Source: Allomuricauda sp.
GTDB lineage: Bacteria > Bacteroidota > Bacteroidia > Flavobacteriales > Flavobacteriaceae
Direction of reading: 5' to 3'
DNA: 35,961 nucleotides
Assembly (NCBI GenBank): GCA_028289745.1
Contig: JANQOD010000122.1
Coordinates: 1 to 35,961 of the forward strand
In this document: in pieces, positions 1 through 9,400 of the stretch
Layout of the letters: each line of letters starts with the position of its first letter
Position numbering within the stretch: position 1 is the stretch's first letter
Program-made: the position numbers and the translations under genes
The notes under the pieces: generated by a model
Seen by the model: only the letters and a program-made list of their open reading frames with translations
Databases searched by the model: none
What the model was told of the DNA's origin: nothing

Positions 1-2028
1 CTCTATGGCAAGACCGAAAGTCTTTTAACGGAGCCCTATACGGCCGCTATTTCTGAGAGTACCGCCCTTAAGATATTTGGAACCACAGATGTGGTCGACA
101 ATATCTTGCCCATTAGCGGTGGTAGAACGTATAGAATTACGGGAGTGTTCAAGGATATACCCATGAACACACAACTGCGGCCCAATTTTTTGGCCTCTTA
201 TGCCAGTTTTGTCGAGCAGGTAAAAACAAACTCCGATGGAACGAATGATCCCGAGCAAGCATGGGATTGGGATGGGTGCCTGACCTATGTGTTGCTTCAA
301 AAAGGCGTAAACCCAATCGATGTAGAGGCCAAGTTTCCTCCTATTGTTGAAGAGGGGGTAGGTGAGTTGATGCGGCGATTCAATGCATCAGTGACCTATT
401 ATTTGAAGCCATTGACCGACATACACCTCTATTCAAATTATTTGGAAGAGCCTGGCCCCAATGGCAATTCAAAAATGGCCTACTTACTTTTGGGTGTTGC
501 GATCTTCATCATTGTAATAGCGTGGGTAAACTATATTAACCTGGCCACGGCCCGGGCAATGGGCCGTGCAAGGGAGGTGGGTGTTCGCAAATCGGTCGGG
601 TCGCAGCGGAAACATTTGATAGTACAGTTCTTTTTGGAGTCGGCTTTGTTCAATGGTTTGGCCGTAATGCTGGCGTTGGCCGTAATAGTGCTTGTATTGC
701 CCGCCTTTGGCCGCTTATCAGATCAACACGTCTCATATGGCCTGTTCTCACACACCTATTTTTGGTTGGGGCTATCACTTCTGTATCTGGCAGGTGTCTT
801 TTTATCAGGCTTTTACCCCGCTCTTGTACTATCGAAATTCAGGCCTGTCGAAGTGCTCAAGGGAAATAGGTCTGGGGCAACAAAAGGGGCCGGGTTGCGA
901 AAGGGCCTAGTCGTATTTCAGTTTGCTGCCTCGCTGTTCTTATTGATAGGTTCGTTGGTGATTTACCGGCAAATTCAGTTTATGCGCAATCAATCTTTGG
1001 GCATTGATATTTCGCAAACACTTGTATTGCCCCCTCCAATTGTGGCAGATTCTACCTTTTCAAACAAGAAAAGGGCATTCAAGCAATCTCTTCTACAACA
1101 TTCTTTAATTCAAGATGTCACTGTGTCATCTTTTGTTCCTGGAACCGGTCCGGGTGATAATGCCGGAGGCATACGGTTGCTCAGCCAAGACGACACAGAA
1201 CAAAAGCAATATAGGTTCATTCGTGTAGACCATGACTTTGTTGACCTTTTTGACGCCAAGATCGTAGCGGGACGCAAATTTTCAGAAGACTTCGGTACCG
1301 AAAGAACAAATGTGATCTTCAACAGAAAGGGAATTGAGCAGTTGGGTTTTGACAACCCCGAAGAAGCGATAGGAAAGCAGATCGAATTCTGGGGCGACCA
1401 ATGTGAAGTTGTGGGGGTGATAGAGAATTTTCATCAAGAATCGCTCCGTGACGCCTACGAGCCACTTATTCTTGTTCTGAACCCTGATGTTTACGGATAT
1501 TTTTCGCTCAAAATACAAACCGACCAGATCCAGCGAGGCCTTGCTTTGTTGCGATCGGAATGGGATACGTTTTTTCCAGGAAATACCTTCGAATATTTTT
1601 TTCTTGATGAAAGGTTCAATGCACAATATAAGGCTGATCGACGATTTGGAAAGGTATTCGGGGTCTTTACCGCCCTGGCCATCTTGGTGGCCTGTCTCGG
1701 ACTGTTCGGTTTGGCCTCTTACACCACCTTACAGCGGACCAAGGAAATCGGGATCCGAAAGGTGTTGGGGGCTTCTGTGGTGCGGATTTTAAAGCTCTTA
1801 TACAAAGAATTTGCCGTTCTATTGCTATTGGCATTCGTAATTTCAATACCCCTGGCATGGTACGTTATCAACAACTGGCTGAATGGGTATGCTTTCAGAA
1901 TCAATATCCATTGGACCTATTTTGCGATTCCATTCTTTACCATCACCCTTATAGCGTTGTTGACGGTAAGTTTTCAATCGATAAAATCGGCCATGGCCAA
2001 CCCCGTAAAAAGTTTACGGACGGAGTAA
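1..2028 (+). CDS. ABC transporter permease, MacB/FtsX family (paralog 1, 5'-truncated by window)
   Basis: Frame is open from base 1 (LYGKTESLLTEPYTAAISES...), so the ORF-track start at 91 is internal. Two FtsX-like TM blocks with R.(R/K)E(V/I)G.RK..G motifs; C-terminus NPVKSLRTE. Confidence 0.93.
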   Translation, partial: LYGKTESLLTEPYTAAISESTALKIFGTTDVVDNILPISGGRTYRITGVFKDIPMNTQLRPNFLASYASFVEQVKTNSDGTNDPEQAWDWDGCLTYVLLQKGVNPIDVEAKFPPIVEEGVGELMRRFNASVTYYLKPLTDIHLYSNYLEEPGPNGNSKMAYLLLGVAIFIIVIAWVNYINLATARAMGRAREVGVRKSVGSQRKHLIVQFFLESALFNGLAVMLALAVIVLVLPAFGRLSDQHVSYGLFSHTYFWLGLSLLYLAGVFLSGFYPALVLSKFRPVEVLKGNRSGATKGAGLRKGLVVFQFAASLFLLIGSLVIYRQIQFMRNQSLGIDISQTLVLPPPIVADSTFSNKKRAFKQSLLQHSLIQDVTVSSFVPGTGPGDNAGGIRLLSQDDTEQKQYRFIRVDHDFVDLFDAKIVAGRKFSEDFGTERTNVIFNRKGIEQLGFDNPEEAIGKQIEFWGDQCEVVGVIENFHQESLRDAYEPLILVLNPDVYGYFSLKIQTDQIQRGLALLRSEWDTFFPGNTFEYFFLDERFNAQYKADRRFGKVFGVFTALAILVACLGLFGLASYTTLQRTKEIGIRKVLGASVVRILKLLYKEFAVLLLLAFVISIPLAWYVINNWLNGYAFRINIHWTYFAIPFFTITLIALLTVSFQSIKSAMANPVKSLRTE

Positions 2029-2057
2029 ATCATCAAATCAATCGGAGAATCAATGTC

Positions 2058-4493
2058 ATGTTAAAAAATCATCTAAAAATCGCCTTGAGAAGCTTAAAAA
2101 AGCAATCCTTTTTTACCTTGCTCAATACCCTGGGCCTCGCTATCGGTATCGCCGGAGGTTTACTTATTTCACTATATATCCATGACGAGCTGAGCTTTGA
2201 TACCATGTTCACCGATGCCGACCGCATACATCGGGTCAATGCAGATATCAAGTTTGGTGGAGAAGACCGCAAATTCGCAGTTACCCCCGCCCCATTGGCA
2301 GAGACGATCGACAATGATTTTTCTGAAGTCGAGCTAGCAATGCGCTTTCGTACAAGGGGCAGCATGCTGGTCAGAAAATCAGATGCCGAAGTCAATGTAA
2401 AAGAAAAGCAATCGACTTTTGTTGATTCAACTTTCTTTAAAATGTTCGATATTAAGCTTTTGGTGGGCGATGTAAAGACTGCTTTAAAGTCGCCCAGTAC
2501 TTTGGTAATGACCAAATCGGCCGCTGAAAAACATTTCGGCATTCAAGATGCCATAGGTCAGATCTTACTTTTGAACAATACAGAAACCTATACGGTTGCC
2601 GGGGTAATCGACGATCTGCCCAAGAATTCATTTCTAAGGGATCACACGATTTTCATGGCCATGGCCGGCTATGACGATTCTCGTGTAGTAAACTGGGGCA
2701 GTAATAACTATCAAACCTTCATCAAGCTGATCCCGTCTGCGCGCATAGAAGATTTACAGGCACCTCTACGAGCCTTTTTGGGGAAATATGTAATTCCTGG
2801 GGTACAGCAATATATGCCGGGCATTACCGAAGAACAGTTCAAAGCAGCTGGAAACCATCTGATCTATAGCACCATTCCGTTGACCGATATACATTTGAAA
2901 TCTGACAGGGTGGCTGAAATAAGTGGCAACAATTCTATTCAAAGTATTTATATACTTTCTTTCATCGCCGTTTTTTTGATCGTGCTTGCCTGCGTGAACT
3001 TCATGAATTTGAGCACGGCCTATTCTTTGAAAAGAGCCAAGGAAGTCGGCATACGAAAAACGCTGGGTTCAAACAAGGGAGAGCTTATACGCCAGTTCTT
3101 GATTGAATCGGGCCTAGTTTCCTTTGGTTCACTTTTAGTGGCCCTTGTCTTGGCCATATTGGTTTTGCCCTATTTCAATGATCTGGCCGACAAGGATATT
3201 TCAATGCCTTATGCAAATCCATTTTTCTGGCTGACCTTATTTGTTTCGGGGATTGTTTTGGCCCTTTTTTCAGGAAGCTACCCAGCATTTTTTATGTCAA
3301 AATTTATTCCGGTCAAAGTGTTGAAAGGAACCAGCGGTAATAGTTTGGATGGAAAAAAAATTCGAAACGGTCTGGTGATATTTCAATTCGCGATTTCTGT
3401 TTTCTTGATAATTGGCACTATGGTCGTTTATCGCCAATTGCAATACATTCAGAACAAAGACCTGGGTTTTTCAAAAGACCAAGTACTGATAGTCAACGAC
3501 GTTTTTACCATTGAAGATCAAATGACTTCTTTCAAAGAAGAGGTAAAAAAATTGGGGTTTGTCAAGAATGCCACCCTCAGCAGCTTTTTTCCAACGCCTT
3601 CGGGTAGGTCTGACAGCGTTTTTGCCCCTGAAGAAGGGGCCACCGATCAAGAAAATGCCGTAAGCATGCAAACATGGGGCGTTGACCACGATTATGTGTC
3701 GACCATGGATTTTGAGATTATCGCAGGTCGAGATTTTGACCGGAAATTCAAAAACGATTCCACCAGCATCATCATTAATGAATCGGCTCTTGCCACCATC
3801 GGGGTTTCCCCTGAAGAGGTTTTGGGTATGCGCTTTACACAGGGGCTGGGCCAAGAAAATCCTGAATACTTCACGATTATCGGTGTGGTAAAGAACTTTC
3901 ACTTTTCCCCCTTCAGGGAAGAAATTGAAGCCTTGAGTCTTCATTTAAGTAGTTGGGCGGGTTCCATGGCCATAAAGCTCGAGACCGACAATTATGCCGA
4001 AGCGATAACAAGCGTTGAAGGGGTCTGGAGCAACATTGCCCCTGGCCAGCCCTTTGATTATTATTTCATGGAAGATTCATTTAACAACACCTACAAATCT
4101 GAACAACGCTTGGGTCGCATTTTCATCATATTTACCACCCTCTCTATTTTAATCGCCTGTCTTGGATTATTTGGGTTAGCGGCCTTCAATGCTGAAAAGA
4201 GAACCAAGGAAATAGGGGTCAGAAAGGTATTGGGCGCAAGTGTGGGCCAAATCTCATACCGACTTACGATGGACTTTATCAAGCTGGTCGGTATAGGTAT
4301 ACTTATTTCATTGCCCATCGGTTGGTATGCCATGAACAAATGGCTTGAAGATTTCTCGTATCGCATTGAAGTCAGCTGGTGGATGCTGGTCATTGCGGCC
4401 TCATTGGCAGTGGGCATTGCCATAATTACGGTAAGCTATCAAAGTATCAGGGCGGCAGTGGTCAACCCGGTAAAAAGTTTGCGTACAGAATAA
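2058..4493 (+). CDS. ABC transporter permease, MacB/FtsX family (paralog 2, 811 aa)
   Basis: Start moved to ATG 2058 (MLKNHLKIALRSL, the N-terminus shared by the paralogs). Duplicated periplasmic+FtsX architecture; ends NPVKSLRTE. Confidence 0.93.
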   Translation: MLKNHLKIALRSLKKQSFFTLLNTLGLAIGIAGGLLISLYIHDELSFDTMFTDADRIHRVNADIKFGGEDRKFAVTPAPLAETIDNDFSEVELAMRFRTRGSMLVRKSDAEVNVKEKQSTFVDSTFFKMFDIKLLVGDVKTALKSPSTLVMTKSAAEKHFGIQDAIGQILLLNNTETYTVAGVIDDLPKNSFLRDHTIFMAMAGYDDSRVVNWGSNNYQTFIKLIPSARIEDLQAPLRAFLGKYVIPGVQQYMPGITEEQFKAAGNHLIYSTIPLTDIHLKSDRVAEISGNNSIQSIYILSFIAVFLIVLACVNFMNLSTAYSLKRAKEVGIRKTLGSNKGELIRQFLIESGLVSFGSLLVALVLAILVLPYFNDLADKDISMPYANPFFWLTLFVSGIVLALFSGSYPAFFMSKFIPVKVLKGTSGNSLDGKKIRNGLVIFQFAISVFLIIGTMVVYRQLQYIQNKDLGFSKDQVLIVNDVFTIEDQMTSFKEEVKKLGFVKNATLSSFFPTPSGRSDSVFAPEEGATDQENAVSMQTWGVDHDYVSTMDFEIIAGRDFDRKFKNDSTSIIINESALATIGVSPEEVLGMRFTQGLGQENPEYFTIIGVVKNFHFSPFREEIEALSLHLSSWAGSMAIKLETDNYAEAITSVEGVWSNIAPGQPFDYYFMEDSFNNTYKSEQRLGRIFIIFTTLSILIACLGLFGLAAFNAEKRTKEIGVRKVLGASVGQISYRLTMDFIKLVGIGILISLPIGWYAMNKWLEDFSYRIEVSWWMLVIAASLAVGIAIITVSYQSIRAAVVNPVKSLRTE

Positions 4494-4533
4494 TCTCGAC
4501 AACTATCCGGAATCGATCAAAAAATTGGAAATC

Positions 4534-6894
4534 ATGTTAAGACACAACATTATACTTTTTCTAAGGAATATTAATAGAAACAAAAATTCTTTCTTGATCA
4601 ATATGGTGGGGTTGTCTACCGGTCTGGCCTGTACTCTGTTGATATCGCTCTGGGTGCTTGATGAGCTTGGCATTGATAAATTCCATAAAGACCATGACCG
4701 AATCTATCAGGTGATAGAACATTTGGATTTTACCGATGGCATCGAGACGATGATAGAAACTTTCGGCCCTATGGCAGAATTGTTGGTTGATGAGATGCCC
4801 GAGGTAGAGTATGCCGCCGAGGCCATCCCTCCTTCTTGGTTTGGCAAGCACAATCTTTCCATTGGCGAGAAAAGTATCAAGGCAGTGGGTCAGATTGTCG
4901 GGAAAGACTATTTCAATATTTTTTCGTACGGGCTGCGCTATGGCGACAAAGATCGATTGCTTGAAGACCCCAACTCAATTGTCATATCAAAAGAATTGGC
5001 CGTAAGGTTGTTCGGTACCGCGGAAAATGTGCTCGGTCAAGCCATAACGTACGAACAAGACAAGCTGTTTACGGTATCGGGAGTCTTTGACGGAACCCCG
5101 TCCAATTCCACCGTCCAGTTCGATTTTGCCCTTTCCTCCCATGCCTATAAAGATGTCCCTCCATGGAATTCTCTTCATACATGGAACGGCAGTGGCCCCC
5201 AAGTGTATGTGCTGATAAAAGAAGGAGCCGATGTCAACGCATTGAATCGAAAGATGGACAAAATCCGAAAAAGTAGGAATGAAAATACCATTAGAACCGC
5301 AACCCTGGTACCCTTTTCTGAGCATTACCTCCATGGCACTTATGAAAATGGAAAACAGGTCGGGGGCCGAATCCAATATGTCAGGCTCTTTTCCCTTATT
5401 GCCCTTATCATTCTGGTCATTGCCTGCATCAATTTTATGAACCTCTCTACGGCAAGGGCAACCAAAAGATTGAAGGAGATCGGTGTAAAAAAGGCCGTAG
5501 GGGCAAACAGAAGGATTTTTATAGCGCAGTTTCTTGGCGAATCCATTGCAATGGCTTTTATGGCCTTAATCTTTGCATTTACCGTAGTGGCCCTCTTTCT
5601 CCCACAATTCAATGGAATCGTTGGAAAACAATTGGAAATGGACTTCAATGCACCCTTTGTGTTGATTGCTTTGGGCATTGCCTTTTTTACGGGCTTTTTT
5701 GCTGGGAGCTATCCTGCCATTTACCTGTCACGGTTCAATGCCGTGGCAATCCTAAAAGGAAAGCTGAGCCGATCTTTTGGAGAATTATGGACACGTAAGG
5801 GATTGGTCATCGTTCAATTCTCCCTCTCCATTGTTTTGATTGCATCGGTATTGGTGGTCTATAAACAAATGGATTATGTTCAAAGCCAAAACTTGGGGTA
5901 TGGGCAAGACAATGTTGTCCTATTCGGTGTAGAGGGCAAGATAAAAACCCAAAAAGCCTCCTTTCTTTCCGAGTTAAAAAATATGCCCGGCGTACAGAAC
6001 GCATCCACTACGACCCACAACATGGTGGGCCACAATTGGTCCGTTGGATTGGATTGGGAAGGCAGGAACGAAAGGACTATTGCTTTTCAGGTTGTTGGCG
6101 CCGATTACGGCTTTATAGAAACCATGAACATGGAAGTAGTGGCGGGTCGCAGCTTCAGCAGAGAATTTGGGGCTGATAGCTTAGGCCTTGTGTTCAATGA
6201 AACAGCCATTGCGACCATGGGGCTGAAAGATCCTTTGGGCAAGGTTGTACGGGGATTTTTTGGCCAAGGAAAAATAATCGGGATTGTCAAGGACTTTCAT
6301 TTTAAGTCATTGCACGACAAGGTAGAGCCCCTGTTCATAACCATGATGCCCAATGCCACCAATAAGGTAATGGTTCGAATAGAGGCTGGCAAGGAAAAAG
6401 AGGCCCTTGCCCAAATGGAAGAACTGCATCGAACATTTAACCCTGACCTGCCCTTCGAATATGAATTTTTAGACAGCAACTTTCAAGAACTCTATACATC
6501 AGAACAACGGGTAGCCTCCCTGTCAAAGTACTTTGCCGGTTTGGCCATTCTTATTTCATGTCTGGGTTTGTTTGGCCTGGTCATTTTTACTACGGAAAGA
6601 AGACGAAAGGAAATCAGCATTCGAAAAGTCCTGGGCCAAAGCACTTCCCAAATTACGTTAATGCTTTCAAAAGGGTTTGTGCAACTGGTTTTGGCATCAA
6701 TGTGTATTGCCCTGCCCATTGCCTATCTGTTGGCCAACCATTGGCTTTCAGGTTTTGCCTATCATATCCCATTGCGGGTTTGGTATTTTTTATCTGCGGG
6801 TTTTATCGCGATGTTGATTGCCATGCTTACCGTAGGGTCACAAACCATAACCGCCGCCAATAAAAATCCAGTCGGAGGCCTAAGGGAAGAATAA
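4534..6894 (+). CDS. ABC transporter permease, MacB/FtsX family (paralog 3, 786 aa)
   Basis: ATG 4534 (MLRHNIILFLRN); INFMNLSTARA, GSYPA and ERRRKEISIRKVLG motifs; ends NPVGGLREE. Confidence 0.92.
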   Translation: MLRHNIILFLRNINRNKNSFLINMVGLSTGLACTLLISLWVLDELGIDKFHKDHDRIYQVIEHLDFTDGIETMIETFGPMAELLVDEMPEVEYAAEAIPPSWFGKHNLSIGEKSIKAVGQIVGKDYFNIFSYGLRYGDKDRLLEDPNSIVISKELAVRLFGTAENVLGQAITYEQDKLFTVSGVFDGTPSNSTVQFDFALSSHAYKDVPPWNSLHTWNGSGPQVYVLIKEGADVNALNRKMDKIRKSRNENTIRTATLVPFSEHYLHGTYENGKQVGGRIQYVRLFSLIALIILVIACINFMNLSTARATKRLKEIGVKKAVGANRRIFIAQFLGESIAMAFMALIFAFTVVALFLPQFNGIVGKQLEMDFNAPFVLIALGIAFFTGFFAGSYPAIYLSRFNAVAILKGKLSRSFGELWTRKGLVIVQFSLSIVLIASVLVVYKQMDYVQSQNLGYGQDNVVLFGVEGKIKTQKASFLSELKNMPGVQNASTTTHNMVGHNWSVGLDWEGRNERTIAFQVVGADYGFIETMNMEVVAGRSFSREFGADSLGLVFNETAIATMGLKDPLGKVVRGFFGQGKIIGIVKDFHFKSLHDKVEPLFITMMPNATNKVMVRIEAGKEKEALAQMEELHRTFNPDLPFEYEFLDSNFQELYTSEQRVASLSKYFAGLAILISCLGLFGLVIFTTERRRKEISIRKVLGQSTSQITLMLSKGFVQLVLASMCIALPIAYLLANHWLSGFAYHIPLRVWYFLSAGFIAMLIAMLTVGSQTITAANKNPVGGLREE

Positions 6895-6968
6895 TAAGAT
6901 TGAGGTCATGTTGATTTTAGAGGATAAATCAGAAAAAAGTGAACTAAACAGCCAAAAAACTAAAAATC

Positions 6969-9359
6969 ATGTTTAAAAACTATGTAAAAATCGGTTGGAG
7001 GAACTTAAAGGCAAATCGGTTGTTTTCACTGATCAACATCATCGGCCTGTCCATAGGATTGGTCATGACCATTTTATTGTTCCTGTTCATTTCAAATGAA
7101 CTTAGTTTTAATAACATGTACCCTAAAAAAGACAGAATTCATAGGGTCTTGGTAAAAACCAGCAGCGAATTTGGCAATGAAATCTGGGCCACCGCACCCC
7201 CCGTAATGGCCTCGGCCCTAAAACAAGAGGTCACCAATGTCGAAACCGCGGCCAGGGTATATAAGCACAATTTTGGCAAAACCGCATCTGTTCGGGCAAA
7301 CGACCAAAACTATACCGAAGACCTGTTCTTTTGGGTTGACAGAGAGCTTCTTGACATTTTCGATATACAATTGGTCAAAGGTAACGCAACAGATGCCCTC
7401 GATAGGCCAAACACCGTAATTCTATCTGAATCGGTTGCCCAAAAGTACTTTGATCAAGAGAATCCCATAGGCAAATCCATTCTTGTTGAAAATGGCAAGC
7501 AGCTCGAAATTACCGGTGTTTACAAAGATTTCCCTGCAAACAGCACTTTAGATGCCGAGATCATGGCCTCAAGCAACGGCTTTTGGTTCTATGAAAGAAA
7601 ATCTTGGGGAAACGTAAGCTTTGAGACCTATTGCCTGTTAAAGGAAAATGTCACCATGGAGGAGACCGTTGCACAAATGGGCAAGGTGTTGGATGACAAT
7701 GTAGATAAGAATGAACAATGGTACAGTTTGTCATTACAGCCCCTGGAAAGGGTTCATCTGTATTCAGCTTCATACCAAAACTCATATGCCTCTTATATCG
7801 GTGATATCAACGAAGTGCGAAACCTCGGCTATTTGGCCGCACTCATACTACTGATCGCCTGTATGAACTATATGAACCTTTCGACAGCGCGTTCACAAAA
7901 ACGTTCAAAAGAGGTCGGCATCAGTAAAACCCTGGGGGCCTTGTCAAGATCGTTGGCCTTCCGATTTTATGTGGAAACCGGATTGATCACGGCCATATCG
8001 ATAGTCTTGGGTATCATACTGGCCATTTTGGTGCTGCCCGGCTTCAATGCCCTGACCGGCCAAAAACTATCCTTAAGTCTTTTGGTAAGCGGAACCTTTG
8101 TTTGGGCCGTCTTGGGCATTTGGTTGTTGACCACCTTGATTTCAGGCCTATATCCATCGGTATATCTGTCAAAATATTCACCCAGAGAGGTGTTGTCACC
8201 CTCCTTAAAACAAGAAAAGGGCAATGTGTTTGTCAGAAAAGGATTGGTCGTGTTGCAGTTTGCCGCATCGGCCGCCTTGATTGTCGGGGTATTGGTCATT
8301 TACCAGCAAACCAAATACATACAAGACAAACAATTGGGGTTTTCGCCCGAAAATGTAATGGCCATTTCAACAAGGGGAATAAGGGGCGAGGAAAATAAAA
8401 ACACTTTGGTACAAGAATTCAAGAAAAATGCCAATGTAAAATCGGTCGTCTTTGCCCAAGGATATCCTGGATTGGATGTCAGTGGCTATGTGCTTCAAAA
8501 AAACGAATCTGACGAAGAACAAGGTTTGGGCATACAGACCAATACAACAGAGGCCAATATTATCGATGTGCTGAAATTGAACCTTTTGGCGGGCAAGACC
8601 CTCCCTTTCAACAAAAATGCCAATGATACCGTAGTCGATGTAATACTGAACAAAAAAGCCATAGATTATTTGGGGTATTCTGCCGAAGAGGCCATTGGCA
8701 AAGAAGTGGGCATTTTTTATCGCAAGACCAGTAGAATTGTGGGAGTGGTCGAAGATTTCAATTTTGCCTCGCTGCATCAGCCCATCGGTGCCTATGCCTT
8801 TCACAACCATACAAGCGAGGCAAAATCCTATATCCTGGTCAGGTTTGATTCGGGCAATTTGGTAAATATGCTCCCACAATTAAAAAATGCCTTTTTAAAG
8901 GTGGTGCCAAACCTCGATTTCAATTATTCGTTCTTGGATCAAGACTTAGAGCGGCTATATGAGCGGGAAAAAAGAACGGCCAGTCTAAGCATCGTATTCA
9001 GCCTATTGGCCATTATCGTTGCCTGTTTGGGCCTGTTTGGGCTGGCGGCCTTTACCGCGGAACGGCGAAAAAAGGAAATCGGGGTGCGAAAGGTGTTGGG
9101 CGCAAGTGTTATGGGCATAGCCCAGATGTTGTCAAAAGATTTTCTGAAGTTGGTCTTGGTGGCCTTGGTCATTGCCTTTCCCTTGTCTTTTTGGATAATG
9201 TCGAGCTGGTTGGAAGGCTTTGCCTATAGAATTGACATTGAATGGGCGGTTTTTGCCATATCAGGTACCATTGCCATTCTGGTCGCCTTGGTTACCATCA
9301 GCTTTCAATCGGTAAGTGCGGCGATCGCCAACCCCGTGAAAAGTCTTAAGACAGAATAA
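6969..9359 (+). CDS. ABC transporter permease, MacB/FtsX family (paralog 4, 796 aa)
   Basis: MFKNYVKIGWRNL start; same duplicated motif set; ends NPVKSLKTE. Confidence 0.93.
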   Translation: MFKNYVKIGWRNLKANRLFSLINIIGLSIGLVMTILLFLFISNELSFNNMYPKKDRIHRVLVKTSSEFGNEIWATAPPVMASALKQEVTNVETAARVYKHNFGKTASVRANDQNYTEDLFFWVDRELLDIFDIQLVKGNATDALDRPNTVILSESVAQKYFDQENPIGKSILVENGKQLEITGVYKDFPANSTLDAEIMASSNGFWFYERKSWGNVSFETYCLLKENVTMEETVAQMGKVLDDNVDKNEQWYSLSLQPLERVHLYSASYQNSYASYIGDINEVRNLGYLAALILLIACMNYMNLSTARSQKRSKEVGISKTLGALSRSLAFRFYVETGLITAISIVLGIILAILVLPGFNALTGQKLSLSLLVSGTFVWAVLGIWLLTTLISGLYPSVYLSKYSPREVLSPSLKQEKGNVFVRKGLVVLQFAASAALIVGVLVIYQQTKYIQDKQLGFSPENVMAISTRGIRGEENKNTLVQEFKKNANVKSVVFAQGYPGLDVSGYVLQKNESDEEQGLGIQTNTTEANIIDVLKLNLLAGKTLPFNKNANDTVVDVILNKKAIDYLGYSAEEAIGKEVGIFYRKTSRIVGVVEDFNFASLHQPIGAYAFHNHTSEAKSYILVRFDSGNLVNMLPQLKNAFLKVVPNLDFNYSFLDQDLERLYEREKRTASLSIVFSLLAIIVACLGLFGLAAFTAERRKKEIGVRKVLGASVMGIAQMLSKDFLKLVLVALVIAFPLSFWIMSSWLEGFAYRIDIEWAVFAISGTIAILVALVTISFQSVSAAIANPVKSLKTE

Positions 9360-9365
9360 ATCATC

Positions 9366-9383
9366 TTCCGATAGCTATCGGGA
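9366..9383. repeat. Short intergenic palindrome (T)TCCGATAGCTATCGG(G)A, REP-like
   Basis: CCGATAGCTATCGG (9368-9381) is a perfect 14-bp palindrome in a 41-bp spacer. It resembles a dispersed palindromic repeat I recall from Flavobacteriaceae genomes; single copy in this window. Confidence 0.6.
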
Positions 9384-9400
9384 CAAAAAAACGAGCAGCT

